From assembly GCA_003427395.1 (NCBI GenBank), contig BFEA01000003.1:1368206-1432205 (forward strand): 64,000 bases of DNA, read 5' to 3'. How positions within the stretch are numbered: the first letter of the stretch is position 1; the number at the start of each line of letters is the position of its first letter. The DNA comes from Chara braunii (Eukaryota > Plantae > Charophyceae). The position numbers and the translations under genes are program-made. The notes beneath the pieces are model-generated. The model saw nothing but the letters and a program-made list of their open reading frames with translations, was not told the DNA's origin and made no database searches. This document shows, piece after piece, positions 26,901 to 38,890 of this stretch.

Positions 26901-27216
26901 AAACCCCTCTTATCATTTCGCAGGAAATCGTGCGGAACAGAAATTGGTTCGTCACAATACAACCTATATCTCTGGCCAGGTACTGCCAAAACGAGGATGC
27001 GTTGTGTTCGGGGTAAGACGGTAGCGCTCCTCAGGTTATGAATATCGGTGCATGTCAAAGCAGAGGCCTCAGAAGTCTGGCTAGCGCCCTGCTTAGTCCC
27101 ATTCGTCGAGCGTACAACATGCCGCCCACAGATCGCAGATCACCCAACAGCCAGAACCTCAGGCTTCGACCAGGGCAACCTTTTTCTTTTTTTTTCCGTT
27201 TGGGAAGGGGGGACTA

Positions 27217-27396
27217 CACCGGAGTCACAAAAATGAGTTATAATTGCACTATGGGCCAAGATACAGTTTCGAATTGCAGTTCGGGCAATGTATACAACCC
27301 AGCTTTCTGACCAGGTAGGGTGCCCAAAGTGCAATTGCGAACTGTGTCTTGCCCTATAGTAGTGTGCAATTATAACTCGTTTTTGTAACTCCACTG
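27217..27396. mobile_element. Palindromic MITE, Tc1/mariner-like
   Basis: Long inverted arms GGAGTCACAAAAATGAGTTATAATTGCAC / GTGCAATTATAACTCGTTTTTGTAACTCC, preceded by TA and ending ACTG. A second copy lies at 58593. Confidence 0.75.
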
Positions 27397-28387
27397 AAAG
27401 TTATGGCTTTTTTTCGTACATTTTATTTGCCAGCAGGGCGAGCTATCAAAGAAACTATCAGGCAGATGGGCGGACATGGCGGATCTTCACTATTTGGGTC
27501 GCGCCAACAAGACGCGAACAGTGGGACCAATGGCGGATCTGAAATATGTGACAGCAGCAGGTGTGGAAGGAGGAGGAGAAGGCAGCTCCCACATTTTCAA
27601 AGGATTAGCAAACAGGAGTAACTGTAGATGATGGGGTCAGCAAAGAGCCCAATAGAAAAACACAATTCATGGAGAGCAAAAAACTCCACAAGTTGCAAGT
27701 GGCAAACTAAGTACCGGCAAGCAGAGAGCATCAGAGGTTAAGACGATTAGAGTATAGGTAGAGAGAATCATCAGAGAGCCATGAGTAGAAAAGCATGCAA
27801 GACGGTCACCGACACATCGACCCCGACACCGACACAAATAGAGAGACAAATCCAGAAGCACAAGTGAAGAAACCCCGCTCTGAAAGCCAGGTCAAGGAGA
27901 CGTTCAGGCTATCTTTCGGGCCATATACATTACGTCTATATTCCAGACAGCATAACTTCAGTCAGATATTATCGAAGTTGTCACTTTGCAAGCCCTACCG
28001 ATGGTGCTATATTGAAGAGAAAGGTACCTATGTAGTACTTACCCATCATCCCCCGAACACACCGCACCCTCATCACACTGATACCGGACCTGAGAGATAG
28101 CTTATATCCATTCATTGATATTCGTTGATCACGATACATCATATTACCCATCTTCCCCTGAACACACTACACCCCTGAACACACTACACCCTCGTCAGAC
28201 CGCATCAGAGAGAGCTTATATCCATTCATTGATCACCATGCATCATGTTCAATGGAAGGAAGAACGGTAGCAGGATCACCCATGTTGGCATAATAGGCAT
28301 ATATACAATATGACTACAATTCCGGACCGATAACGTCAGGGAAGTGCACATGAAAGTTCTTTTTCCTCTTATAATTTGTATTTGATC

Positions 28388-28390
<3 letters not shown>

Positions 28391-28472
<82 letters not shown>

Positions 28473-29227
28473 NNNNNNNNNNNNNNNNNNNNNNNNNNNN
28501 NNNNNNNNNNNNNNNNNNNNNNNNNNNNNNNNNNNNNNNNNNNNNNNNNNNNNNNNNNNNNNNNNNNNNNNNNNNNNNNNNNNNNNNNNNNNNNNNNNNN
28601 NNNNNNNNNNNNNNNNNNNNNNNNNNNNNNNNNNNNNNNNNNNNNNNNNNNNNNNNNNNNNNNNNNNNNNNNNNNNNNNNNNNNNNNNNNNNNNNNNNNN
28701 NNNNNNNNNNNNNNNNNNNNNNNNNNNNNNNNNNNNNNNNNNNNNNNNNNNNNNNNNNNNNNNNNNNNNNNNNNNNNNNNNNNNNNNNNNNNNNNNNNNN
28801 NNNNNNNNNNNNNNNNNNNNNNNNNNNNNNNNNNNNNNNNNNNNNNNNNNNNNNNNNNNNNNNNNNNNNNNNNNNNNNNNNNNNNNNNNNNNNNNNNNNN
28901 NNNNNNNNNNNNNNNNNNNNNNNNNNNNNNNNNNNNNNNNNNNNNNNNNNNNNNNNNNNNNNNNNNNNNNNNNNNNNNNNNNNNNNNNNNNNNNNNNNNN
29001 NNNNNNNNNNNNNNNNNNNNNNNNNNNNNNNNNNNNNNNNNNNNNNNNNNNNNNNNNNNNNNNNNNNNNNNNNNNNNNNNNNNNNNNNNNNNNNNNNNNN
29101 NNNNNNNNNNNNNNNNNNNNNNNNNNNNNNNNNNNNNNNNNNNNNNNNNNNNNNNNNNNNNNNNNNNNNNNNNNNNNNNNNNNNNNNNNNNNNNNNNNNN
29201 NNNNNNNNNNNNNNNNNNNNNNNNTCC

Positions 29228-29258
<31 letters not shown>
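28391..29258. repeat. (AG)n / (CT)n microsatellites flanking an assembly gap
   Basis: Direct reading; N run at about 28473-29224. Confidence 0.95.
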
Positions 29259-29260
<2 letters not shown>

Positions 29261-31576
29261 CCCCCCGGGTTTTCATCTCCTCAACAATTGTTACTCACTT
29301 GCAATTACTCACTACTTTTCCGGCCAGTTCCGAGCACGCCAACGTGCCTACGACTAAGAGGACAACGACGATTACGCCAATCATCTGGCGGTGAGGTCAA
29401 TCCTCACTTCTGTCCATTGTCCAGTACTTCCATCAGCTCTTTTAGTACAAGCCAACGACAGAAAGGGAGTTTCTGGCACATACACGCAAAACACGGCCAT
29501 ATCCATTCGTTTCACATGCGCCACGATGTATGTGGTAAACCACCAGAATGACAGAGACGGCACGCAAAGACGACACGTACAGATCAACAACACACATTGC
29601 ACGTTCGATGTCACAAGAGGACAAGCAAAGGCAAAATACATCGACGACACCCACCGGTCCCATTGTAAACAAAAGCAACGTTTCTCTTGCTCTCACTCTG
29701 AATTTCCCTTTTTTTCCCTTTCAAAATTGAACAAGGCAATTTCCCGCACATGCTACCCACACCAAGGGCAGACTACAACCAATCACCGACAGACTCTTAA
29801 GACGCCAACAACCCGCTCAGGAAGGCTAAGAAAACGCCTCGAGTTCTCTCCCTTCTCCTTGCGCTCCTAATTACCTCTCCATGCTGCCCTCCGTCCGATC
29901 GTCCCCTCCTCCCCTACCTCACACCCCCTTCCTTGGCCCTATTCTCTTCCGCGCACGCCTTCTTCTTATCATTTCCCCCCTCTCTCCCACTTCACCCCCC
30001 CTCTCCCTCTTCCCCTCCCTTCGAACCTCCAACTCGCCTCCTTTCTCTGATCCTTCCCCTCCTCTCCCACTTCACCCTCGTCTTCCTCTTCCCCTACCAA
30101 CCCCGCCTTTCCCCTCATTCCCCCCCGGTCTCGCGAGAAACAGATAGAGAGAGAGAAGGCCGGCGACTTGCCCTGCAAGATCACTAGCCTCACCAATTGC
30201 CTGACAAACCACACGTGACAGCAACGCTCCGCACTATCCATCATCATCACCTTCATCATCATCGTCATCATTATCATCATCATCATCATCATCATTCATA
30301 AGGACTTTCAAGCTGACACTATCCTTATTGCAGGAGACAACAGAGCAGTTCCGAGGAAGTGGAAGGACACCAGGTGAGGAGAAGATAAGCATCATAGGCG
30401 CTCGTCTCAGCAAAATCGAACAACGCAATCAACTGCGTTAAGCCGCCGAACACCAAACTGGGTCTACTCCTAAACTGATGCTGATGATTTCCCACTATCT
30501 ATTCACTCCGCGTAAGACATGCTTATCACGCCTTTCTCTCCACAGATGAAAGAAAGACCAAAGAGGTTCTTCTGTCTCAACAAAGATAATAGCTGAGCAT
30601 CCAACAACCAAAAGAAGAAATCTCTTGCCAGTAGAAAACGGGTCGATAGTAACGAGAGAAGGATTCAAACACGCACCATGCGAGTTCGCCTTCAAACAGC
30701 CAATCACAACCCGCCGCTTCTTCGCCGCATCGCTCCCTCTTGCCTCTTCGCCTCCAAGTCACCCACCCCCTGTCCTTTCAGACGCGCAAGGCGCGGAACG
30801 ACTCATGTGCCAAGAACGCACACTTCTTCCTGGGGGCAAACGAGCGCCCGGCGGCCTCTTCTCTACGTGTCACCCCCTTCCTGCTCTCCGTCCGACATAC
30901 GCGCGCGCATGGCTTTAGTGCTTTCCCCCCCCCCCCCCCCCCTCCNCCCCCCCCCCTTTCCCCCATTTTCCTCCCCGACTCTTCCCGCGCCGACAAGCGC
31001 CAGATAGGGGCAAGCAAAAAGGCATTAGGCAAAGGATGATTGAGCCACCGGGCACTGAACATACGCGAGTAACTGCGCGCCGATGACAGATGCTCCCGCT
31101 GACAGACTTGGTGACTGATACATCACCAAACGCAAACGACGACTGGTTCAGAAGCGCTTAGGGAGAGAGCGGGTGTGATAGAAGGCAGGGAGGAAGAGGA
31201 AGGAGGTGAGGCAGAAAAGGAGGAAGAGGAGGAGGAGGAGGAGGAGGAGGAGGAGGAGAAGAGGAGAGGAGCAGAAGACTCTTCCGGCGGTAGGTATAGG
31301 GAGAAGGGTAACCTGAATGGCGCGAGCTAGGGTTAGGGGAGAGAGAAGAACGCATATTAGAGTTTTGCGTTTGCCCCGTTCTCTCAGAACTCATAGTCAG
31401 GTTAGGGTTTTTTGTTTGCCCCGTTCCCGCAGGAGTTAGTCAAATTAGGGTTTTGCGACACCCCCCCTCCCCCCCACCCCCTCTTGTCTATGCCTCGTTC
31501 GTTGCTGCTGCTGCTGCCGGCCGCCGCTCTTGTTCTCTCGAATTTTTTTTGTCATTCCCACCAGCGACCTCACTCA

Positions 31577-33883
31577 CTACGCCACCTTCTCTTTCCGTGC
31601 ATCCGCGAGGAAGGACAAGGCGAAATGGCCGGTGAAGGCGGTGAAAGTTCCCAAGGGCAGAAGAAGCTTGATCGTGGTGAAGAGATTCCATTTCCACCAG
31701 AAGAGAGCGTAGACGAGGAGAATGCTGAAAATTCCGCCGACGAAGGCAACGGAGGCAAGCAAAGGAAGTCCAGACGTCGGGAATGACTTGAGATTGGCCT
31801 CGGCCTTGCTCAAACCGTACAAAAAGCCGAAGAAAGGCAGCAGCAGAAGGCCACAGAAAGCGTACGACACGTACGCTGGCGGCTGTTTCTCCGGCTTGCG
31901 GAACACGTGTTCGATCTCGGGCTGCGGACCGTACTGGGGTGTCGCCATCTTCGGTAGTCGGGATGATCCCTCCGTCGACGAAGACGTCGGCTTGGAAAGC
32001 GGCGGCTTCGGGAGATCCAGGTCCAACTCTCCCAATGCCCAGAGGAGGGGATTCTCCATACACGCGTCGCCGACGATAAGAGAGATGGAGTACGCGCCGG
32101 AGAGGAAGTTGGACTTCTCCATAGCCTCCAAGAAGTCGAGCTGCACGGCGAGGGCCTCTCCCTTGTCGTCTGGCTTCGCGACGTACAGGTGGGCGGTGCT
32201 GCTTGACACGTGGACGAACTTCACGAACGCTTGTTGAGGTAGGAAAGGTCTTCCGCTCGGGGACTTCAGCTTGAACGACAAGCGGAGTTTCTGCAGATGC
32301 GTCGCCGATATGGCGGCCGTGCCCGACGTGCCATACGCCAGAGACGTCTCCTTCGACGGCAAACCGGTGTCGCTATCCAGCACGGCGAGTTTGACATCTC
32401 CCACGTCCACCACTCCTGTCACTTTGATGACTGACGTCACATCCGCTGGAAGATAATGCGTCTCGTACGGCGATGGCGTAGCTGTCAGCCTGATCTCGTA
32501 CTTGCCCAGGTCGAACGAGTCCATCGGAACCGCCAGCTCGTAGATGGACATGACCCCCTCTGGCAGAGGGACTTCCTTCAGCCGCTTGTTCTTCAACGCC
32601 ACGGGTTGCTTCTTACTACTCCCTCCCACACGCGTGGCACTCTCCAGAACAACGGTCATCTCGTTCAGTCGGTCTCCAGAGGGATTAGTAACAGCGACCT
32701 TGAGCTTCTCATCTGCGCCGAAGGAGATTGCTGGCGACGAGATCAGCGATATCACGAGGGGCACGGCGATGGGATTGCGTGATAGCATATCGACGGATTC
32801 GAGAACGAAGAGTGCTTCCGACGGGTAGGTGGTGGTAGCCGCCTCCGTTAGGAGGAAGTTGGTTCCCGCCGCCAGCTTGTCCCCCGACCATTTCACCGCC
32901 GATTGCACGGCCGGTACTTCGAGGAGCGCCGATAATCCTGTCAAGACAGAGGCTGTTGCAATCAGCGCGCCATTCTCTTGATCTTCGAATCGTAGCCGTC
33001 CATCGTCGGAGGTCTCCGCCGTCGAGAACAGCTTAGGCACATAGCCGGCTATGGCCGCCACGGTTGCTGCTCCTGAAGGCGACGAAGCCGACAACGAGTC
33101 TTGGCCATCGGCACCACCACCAAGCAGATCGGCGATGGCGGCCACCGCCTGGAAAGCAAATCCGGTCGACGTGGCCGTCGTCTTCCCTCCCTTCTCTTTG
33201 CTCCACGTGCCGTCCGACGCTGACCCCAGAGCTTTCACTCTGTTCAGGGTGTCCTCGAGAGTGCGTTTCTTCTCCGCAGTGTCCCCTCCTCCCTCGATAC
33301 TCTCCAGAGATCCCCCCTCTTCTTTCGCCGTTTGCAGCCCCTTGACCGCGTAAAACAACGGCATCAGCGCTCGGCTGCTCCTTAGCGTTGACCAGAAGAT
33401 GGGAACCGCCTTCGTCAGAGCCAGCTTCTGCGTCACTTGCAGATTCAATATTCCAGCCGTCTGTAAGATGAAGTAATACTGCTCAGCTGTCTTCCCCTCC
33501 CCAATTTTCCTTAGGAGGTATTTATCTACTAGTCCTCCGTCCGACAATATGCCCTCCCCCATCGATGGGAGACTTTCCAAGATAGCCCCGGCCTTCGTCG
33601 CGGCATAGATCTCCTCCATCAACCCGTCGCCATCAACTCCCGCTTTCAAGTTCTGAATCCCAACGAACAAACTGCGCAAAACCGCTTTGTCTTCCACGGT
33701 CAAGCCAGCAGGGCCCAATGCCATAACTCCACCTCCCGCTTTTCCACCATAGCTGCAAGCAAGGACACAAGAAACAAGAAACAAGAGAGGCCATTTTGCA
33801 GCACTAAGGAAACAAATGCGTCTCCCGCAGGACGACGACAGCCTGCCGCGACCATCGCCGCCTCCGCCGCCTCCGCCCGCCAT
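31577..33883 (-). CDS. RPN2: Dolichyl-diphosphooligosaccharide-protein glycosyltransferase subunit 2 (ribophorin II), intronless, about 768 aa
   Basis: Signal-peptide-like N-terminus (KWPLLFLVSCVLAC), motifs PQQAFVKF, Y..SLIVGD..MENPLLW and YGPQPEIEHVFRKPEKQPP, three C-terminal TM segments and a C-terminal KEKVA (KxKxx) signal. The ORF is open up to 34327; ATG 33883 was chosen because it precedes the hydrophobic signal. Confidence 0.93.
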   Translation of the reverse strand: MAGGGGGGGDGRGRLSSSCGRRICFLSAAKWPLLFLVSCVLACSYGGKAGGGVMALGPAGLTVEDKAVLRSLFVGIQNLKAGVDGDGLMEEIYAATKAGAILESLPSMGEGILSDGGLVDKYLLRKIGEGKTAEQYYFILQTAGILNLQVTQKLALTKAVPIFWSTLRSSRALMPLFYAVKGLQTAKEEGGSLESIEGGGDTAEKKRTLEDTLNRVKALGSASDGTWSKEKGGKTTATSTGFAFQAVAAIADLLGGGADGQDSLSASSPSGAATVAAIAGYVPKLFSTAETSDDGRLRFEDQENGALIATASVLTGLSALLEVPAVQSAVKWSGDKLAAGTNFLLTEAATTTYPSEALFVLESVDMLSRNPIAVPLVISLISSPAISFGADEKLKVAVTNPSGDRLNEMTVVLESATRVGGSSKKQPVALKNKRLKEVPLPEGVMSIYELAVPMDSFDLGKYEIRLTATPSPYETHYLPADVTSVIKVTGVVDVGDVKLAVLDSDTGLPSKETSLAYGTSGTAAISATHLQKLRLSFKLKSPSGRPFLPQQAFVKFVHVSSSTAHLYVAKPDDKGEALAVQLDFLEAMEKSNFLSGAYSISLIVGDACMENPLLWALGELDLDLPKPPLSKPTSSSTEGSSRLPKMATPQYGPQPEIEHVFRKPEKQPPAYVSYAFCGLLLLPFFGFLYGLSKAEANLKSFPTSGLPLLASVAFVGGIFSILLVYALFWWKWNLFTTIKLLLPLGTFTAFTGHFALSFLADARKEKVA

Positions 33884-34394
33884 CGCCCGCAAGCGTCTTC
33901 CTGCTCCAGCAAGTCCTAAGCTGACGTATTCTCTTCCACTGAGACGACGAAAACACCTTCCACCTGTCTCAATTCTCCTCCTCTCCCTGTCCTCCTCTTC
34001 CTGCCCTCCTCCTTCCCTCTGTCTTCCCAACAACAACACGGTACGCACCCTTTGCCCCCCGCCTCCCGCACTTCCAACCGGTAGGTCTTCTGGGTTCTCC
34101 TTCACATCTCCGACTTGCCCCTCTCTCCCCCNCTTCCAACCGGTAGGTCTTCTGGGTTCTCCTTCACTTGTCCGACTTGCCCCCTTCCCCCCCCCCCCCC
34201 CCTCAACCCCTGGGTCCAATCTCGCAAGCGCCGATCCCGCCTGTTCCTCTCTACCCGCCAACGAGCCACTGGCGGAAAGGAACCCCGCGGACGACGGCAG
34301 CTCTATGTCCTCCGACCCCTCGCGCACTGAGGGCTTCTCTGACTTGACCTACAAAATTGATTATATTTTATTATATATTTTATAACTTTTACAC

Positions 34395-34851
34395 GGCATA
34401 AGTTGCAAAATACCCCCATAGGGTTAAGATATTTGCCAAAATGCCCCACATCTTAGGGTTGAGATATTTGCCAAAATGCCCCACATCTTAGGGTTGAGAT
34501 ATTTGCCAAAATACCCCTGAAAGATGTGGGCAGAGCGGAGTCCCCTTTTGGGCCGAAATCCTTGTGTTGTGCCCCTGTCAGGTGGGTGTCCAAATTTGTA
34601 ATCTGCACCTCCCCGTTTGGTGCTTGGCCTTTTGCAAAATAGCACTAGGAAAAATTTGCAAGTATTGTGGCGTTTTCCAAAGTTGGATGGTACCTGGTAG
34701 GGGTATATCGAAAATATGCGGGTCAAACCGACGCCAGGGGTATTTTTTCACAAACTATTTTCGTTGTCAGAAGGGCGTTCCGCTCTACCCACATCTTTTA
34801 GGTGCATTTGGCATATATCTCAACTTTTGGGGGTATTTTGCAAATTATTCC
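34395..34851. mobile_element. Mutator-like MITE upstream of RPN2
   Basis: TIR GGCATAAGTTGCAAAATACCCC / GGGGTATTTTGCAAATTATTCC, imperfect 9-bp TSD CTTTTACAC/TTTTGACAT and an internal 34-bp tandem repeat. Confidence 0.7.
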
Positions 34852-36974
34852 TTTTGACATTTCTTAGTTGTTGAAAACCAAAAAAAAAAAACTTTTTCAA
34901 CCGAAAATGGCCGACAGCGACGAAAGCCTGCCAGCAAGGTACCATCCGCAAGAGAGAGACCAGCAATCCAGCCGCAGTTTGACGAATGAACGACTACCAC
35001 CTTCTCTCCCAGGTCCCACGTACCCGGACTGAATTTTTTATGTCTGCCCGTTGATTTTAGGAATTTATATAGGAAGTGGCGGCCTGAATCGGCCCCAGGT
35101 TCATGCTTCCCAAGGAAGACATACAGTACGGCTCAGGGGCAAGGTCCCACTTGCGCAAATTAGGAGATCTCGGCCGTTGATCTTTGCTATCTACGGTCAG
35201 TATCTCTTAATTCGTGCAAGTGGGACCTAGCCCCAGGTGTGTCCTTGCCCTGAGATGAGAAAACAAACCTTAGGTGCGGAAACGAGCACGGCTTTCGCGA
35301 CAGGACTGCAAAGCCCATCGTGGAGTAACCCTAACTGTCCTGCGCAGCTGCAGAAACAACGCCTCTCAGCCGAGGCTCCATCGGACGTTGGAGAGGAGAA
35401 GCTAAAATAAACTCGGAGTAACGACCCTCGGATCACAGAAACGCTGCACTCGATCTGAAGCACAGGGGGTGATGCCCCGCTTGCTTGGATTCCTCTTTCT
35501 GGACCCTTCATTTTACGAGAAATGGACGACCAGGCACACAGAATTCCGGAAAGTGGAGCTTGATTGATGAGAAGAAGGGATGGTGTAATGCCTTCATGTT
35601 CTGCCCTGCGCACTTCGGAGACTTCTTTCTCTTTCCTTTTTTTGTAGCAGGACCCAGTGCCCAAGGCAAAACACAACCACCAAAGGGGGTCAGTCGGGTA
35701 GTCCTACTGCACCCGGAGCCCGGAGCCCCAGCCCTCCCAAATGTTACGTACCCCACAAGCAAACATCAATCGGGCCCCACCGGGACCCTCCAGCAGTACA
35801 CTATTCCCGCAAAACGGGACCAAAGGGAAAAAAATAGTAGTTGCTTATCCAGTTGCACCAGGCTCGGGCGCCCCGCCCAATGCTGCAGAACCCATTCCAG
35901 TCCGGCGCACTTTCCTAGACCAATCGACCTCCGCAACCAACCTAAGAGCTTGCTTGACCAGGCCTTGTAACTGCTGCAAGGATACAGCCTCCCCTGCCAG
36001 ACCTAAGCATTCCTCACTTTCCACATTGTCCAGAATATAGCTCCCCTAATCGTCTCAAAACGATACCGATCAGAGGGAGTCAAATCGCAACTCAAGGAGC
36101 CCAACAAGATTCCTTCATCAGTCCACACACTGGCCAAACGGCCAGAGCAGGGGGTCATGTTGTGACGAACCACTTTCTGTGCCGCGCGACTTTCTGCGAG
36201 AGAAGGTTAACCGACCCCCCATTTTTCAGGTCATGACAATGAGGGGTCCTGAGGTGGGAAGATTTGGCAAATTGTGGGAGGTGGGATCGGCGGGTAAATT
36301 GCGTCAGTGACCTCGCTTCTTTCTTTTTCTTCGCTTTGCTCCTTCCCCTTCGGCGGTGGTGGGACAGGCCCGGGACAGACGGTTGAGTGTGCGCGCCCCG
36401 TTGGGCGTGATCAATAACAGTTGGCGATGGTTCGTTCTTGCTCTACTGGGAGTAAAAGGAGGGAACGGAGATTTTTGGCGCGATGATCGCGCGGGAGCTT
36501 TTCGGTGTTATTTTTAAACTTTCCTACGAACGAGCCCCCGAGGGCTCTCGGAATTCTGATTTCTTTTTGCTTTTCTTCTGTTTCGTCGGAATTTTTCTGC
36601 TGCAGTTTTGAGTTCAGATAGGAATTTAGGACTTTTTGAAATTCTTGCTGAGCGGTGCTCCTTTCTTGCGCGCGTTCTTCTGCGGAGGGAACGAAGTTCT
36701 GACTAAGAGGCGCCCTTAATATTGCATACAACTGTAATCGTTGGGCGGGCGCTATTGTAACTGTATCTTCTTTCTTGTTCCCTCGTCTTCTTCCCGCCCT
36801 TTGTCCCTTCCTTTTGCTGCATCTGATTGGCCTGAGCGCTGCATGCCTGGATTGATGAGTGGAGAGTGGCTACGTCCCCCACGCCGCGATCTAGCCATGC
36901 CAAGCGTATGCACTTCCTCTCTCTGCTCCTCTTTCCAATCCCTGCAATCTCGCATCTTCGCGCACGCATGCATG

Positions 36975-36982
36975 CTATAAAT
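36975..36982 (+). promoter_or_regulatory. Candidate TATA box of the family A unit
   Basis: CTATAAAT occurs at the equivalent position at about 36975, 47606 and 59943. Confidence 0.55.
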
Positions 36983-37241
36983 TTCGTCGGCGCGGTTAGA
37001 TGTCCCTCTTAAAAATTTTTGGGAAGCTCGAGGTTAGCGCGATTAGTGAGGGTCGGCTAATGAGCGAAGTAAGAAGTGGGTTGATGTGGGAGTTGGGTGA
37101 CTCGACGAGCTGGTGCCGAGTGCGCGGGGTTGACGTGTAGGCCACGACGGACTGTGGCGCAAGGGCGAACCTGACAGGCGCGCGCGGACTAAGCGAGGTA
37201 AAAACTTCGTTGGTAGGTGCGAGACGACGGACTGTCCGCAT

Positions 37242-37334
<93 letters not shown>

Positions 37335-38136
37335 CAGACGAACATGGGATTGTAATCTTCCTTATCTTACCTCAGTCCTTGTGTATAGAATTTTGGCTCT
37401 GGGCGAGACACCCTTGTTTTGCATTTTCGACATTTCTTTCGGCTTTGTGTGATGTGTCCTCCCTCTTTCACTTTTTGCATCCGCTTGATGGAAGGGGGCT
37501 GATGATCTTGTACTGTTGGAATAACCGATGTTTTGCATGTATCTCTGAATCATCCTGCGCTCATCGCGCCGGCCTATTCTCGCCCAGATGATTGGTAGGA
37601 GAAAGGAATTGATATGGTTATGATGCTTCACTGTATGTCTGGGTGGTGATGAGATATTCCCCTGACGACCACACGACTGCTTTGAACGAACTTTACCCGA
37701 AGGGTTGTTGCATGAACCTCCTTCTACACAGGCGAGTAACTGACGGATCAATCCACAACGGACCAACCCCGTGGGTCTCCGTGTAAGTGCGATCTGACGA
37801 GCGCAGCTTACACGCGCATCCACGAGGATGGCCCGCCGCCCCGAACAGACTTAGCCCAACAGATCTCGACAAGACTGATGAAATTCCTACCTACGATGCG
37901 GGTCAGGACGAACAAGGACCGCTGAGTGTATATGCTTGGTGGAGTTGGCTGCAATAACGGAGCCAGTGCGGATGCTCCTTGGGTACTTGCGCAGGTCAGG
38001 GTCCGATCGGCTGGCCCTTGCTCACGCACGTGTAAGGCAACGGTCATCCGCGGACGTGCCATCTACACGTGCGCCTGCAAAAGCTAGCCACGATCTCGCC
38101 CCGTAGGAAGGTGTGTATGCAAGAATTCGGTTCAAC

Positions 38137-38714
38137 ATGGCGATAGATTCTCCCTTCTGGATCACCGATCGCGAAAGCCTGAGGGACCCCGAATACCGAG
38201 CGTACTGGGAAAGGGAACAAATCTACAAGCAGCGAACCCGACAACAGCGTCATCTACGGAACTCGGGGTATCTTGAGTACCCCTGCCGGACTGAAAACGA
38301 GCGACTGTACAGGGGCGACTTCCAGCTGGCAATCAACCGAGACTCGCGGATTCCTGATTATCCCGACAACCGAAACCAGCAATATCTTCTAACCTCAGGC
38401 TTCATTGCCATTACCACTGACTTCCCTCCCTACTATACTGTCCTCCCCTACCATCGGCTACTCGTGGTCCCCTGGGATTCCATAGCCCGGTTCTGGCCCC
38501 ATCCGCCGTGCTAAGAGTGCCGGCAGCCCGACGAGCGTCGGCAAGCGAGGGTCACGCAACGAGCCCACCCCAGGACCGACCAACGAGAACCCAGCCCGTC
38601 TTCGTCGGACCCCGAGACGTGTGACGGTCAGCAGCGGTACGAGCGCTCACGTGGAGATACCTAAAGCACCCCACCCCGGCCTAGGTGGCACGATCGGTCG
38701 TCGCTCCCACTCTG
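38137..38714 (+). pseudogene. Family A LTR-borne ORF with internal stops
   Basis: MAIDSPFWITDRESLRDPEYRAYWERE..FPPYY..FWPHPPC*EC; similarity continues past the TAA at 38512-38514. Confidence 0.75.
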
Positions 38715-38890
38715 AGCCAGAAGACATTTGCACTCTTACCCCTGAAACTTGCCACAGGAGATCTCAGTTCCGACCTGGGACTCCACCCCAAATTCCCCAA
38801 AAATCCTTGGTACACCCCTTTTCGCACTTCCGGACCCCCATCCCACTCCGAACAGGAAGTCGCGCTGGGCGTGAGGTTGGGGGCGTCACA

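Larger units (their letters stand above)
12671..26956 (-). mobile_element. Family A solo-LTR-like unit, split into 12671-14258 and 25963-26956 by a nested insertion
   Basis: The two pieces are colinear with 36161-38890 in reverse. Termini on the minus strand are TGTGACGAAC and GGGCGTTACA, with a 4-bp TSD ATAC at 12667-12670 and 26957-26960. Confidence 0.85.
36161..38890 (+). mobile_element. Family A solo-LTR-like unit, uninterrupted copy (2730 bp)
   Basis: TGTGACGAAC ... GGGCGTCACA with a 4-bp TSD ATGT on both sides, CTATAAAT at about 36975 and an internal (AG)n. Orientation is assigned from the TATA box and the ORF. Confidence 0.9.

Noticed and set aside
28376-29551. Long ORFs across N gaps (also about 23600-24070, 45420-45960 and 57480-57960)
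   Set aside because: They are artefacts of N runs and microsatellites.
31320-31460. Telomerase RNA template or telomeric array
   Set aside because: Only isolated short motifs are present, with no supporting structure or snRNA-type promoter. Telo-boxes are a simpler explanation.
33884-34327. 148-aa N-terminal extension of RPN2
   Set aside because: It is low complexity, contains an N and a duplication, and would bury the signal peptide. More likely 5' UTR.
31722-34385. Antisense and alternate-frame ORFs over RPN2 (likewise over DNAI2)
   Set aside because: These are shadow frames of GC-rich coding sequence with no recognisable motifs.
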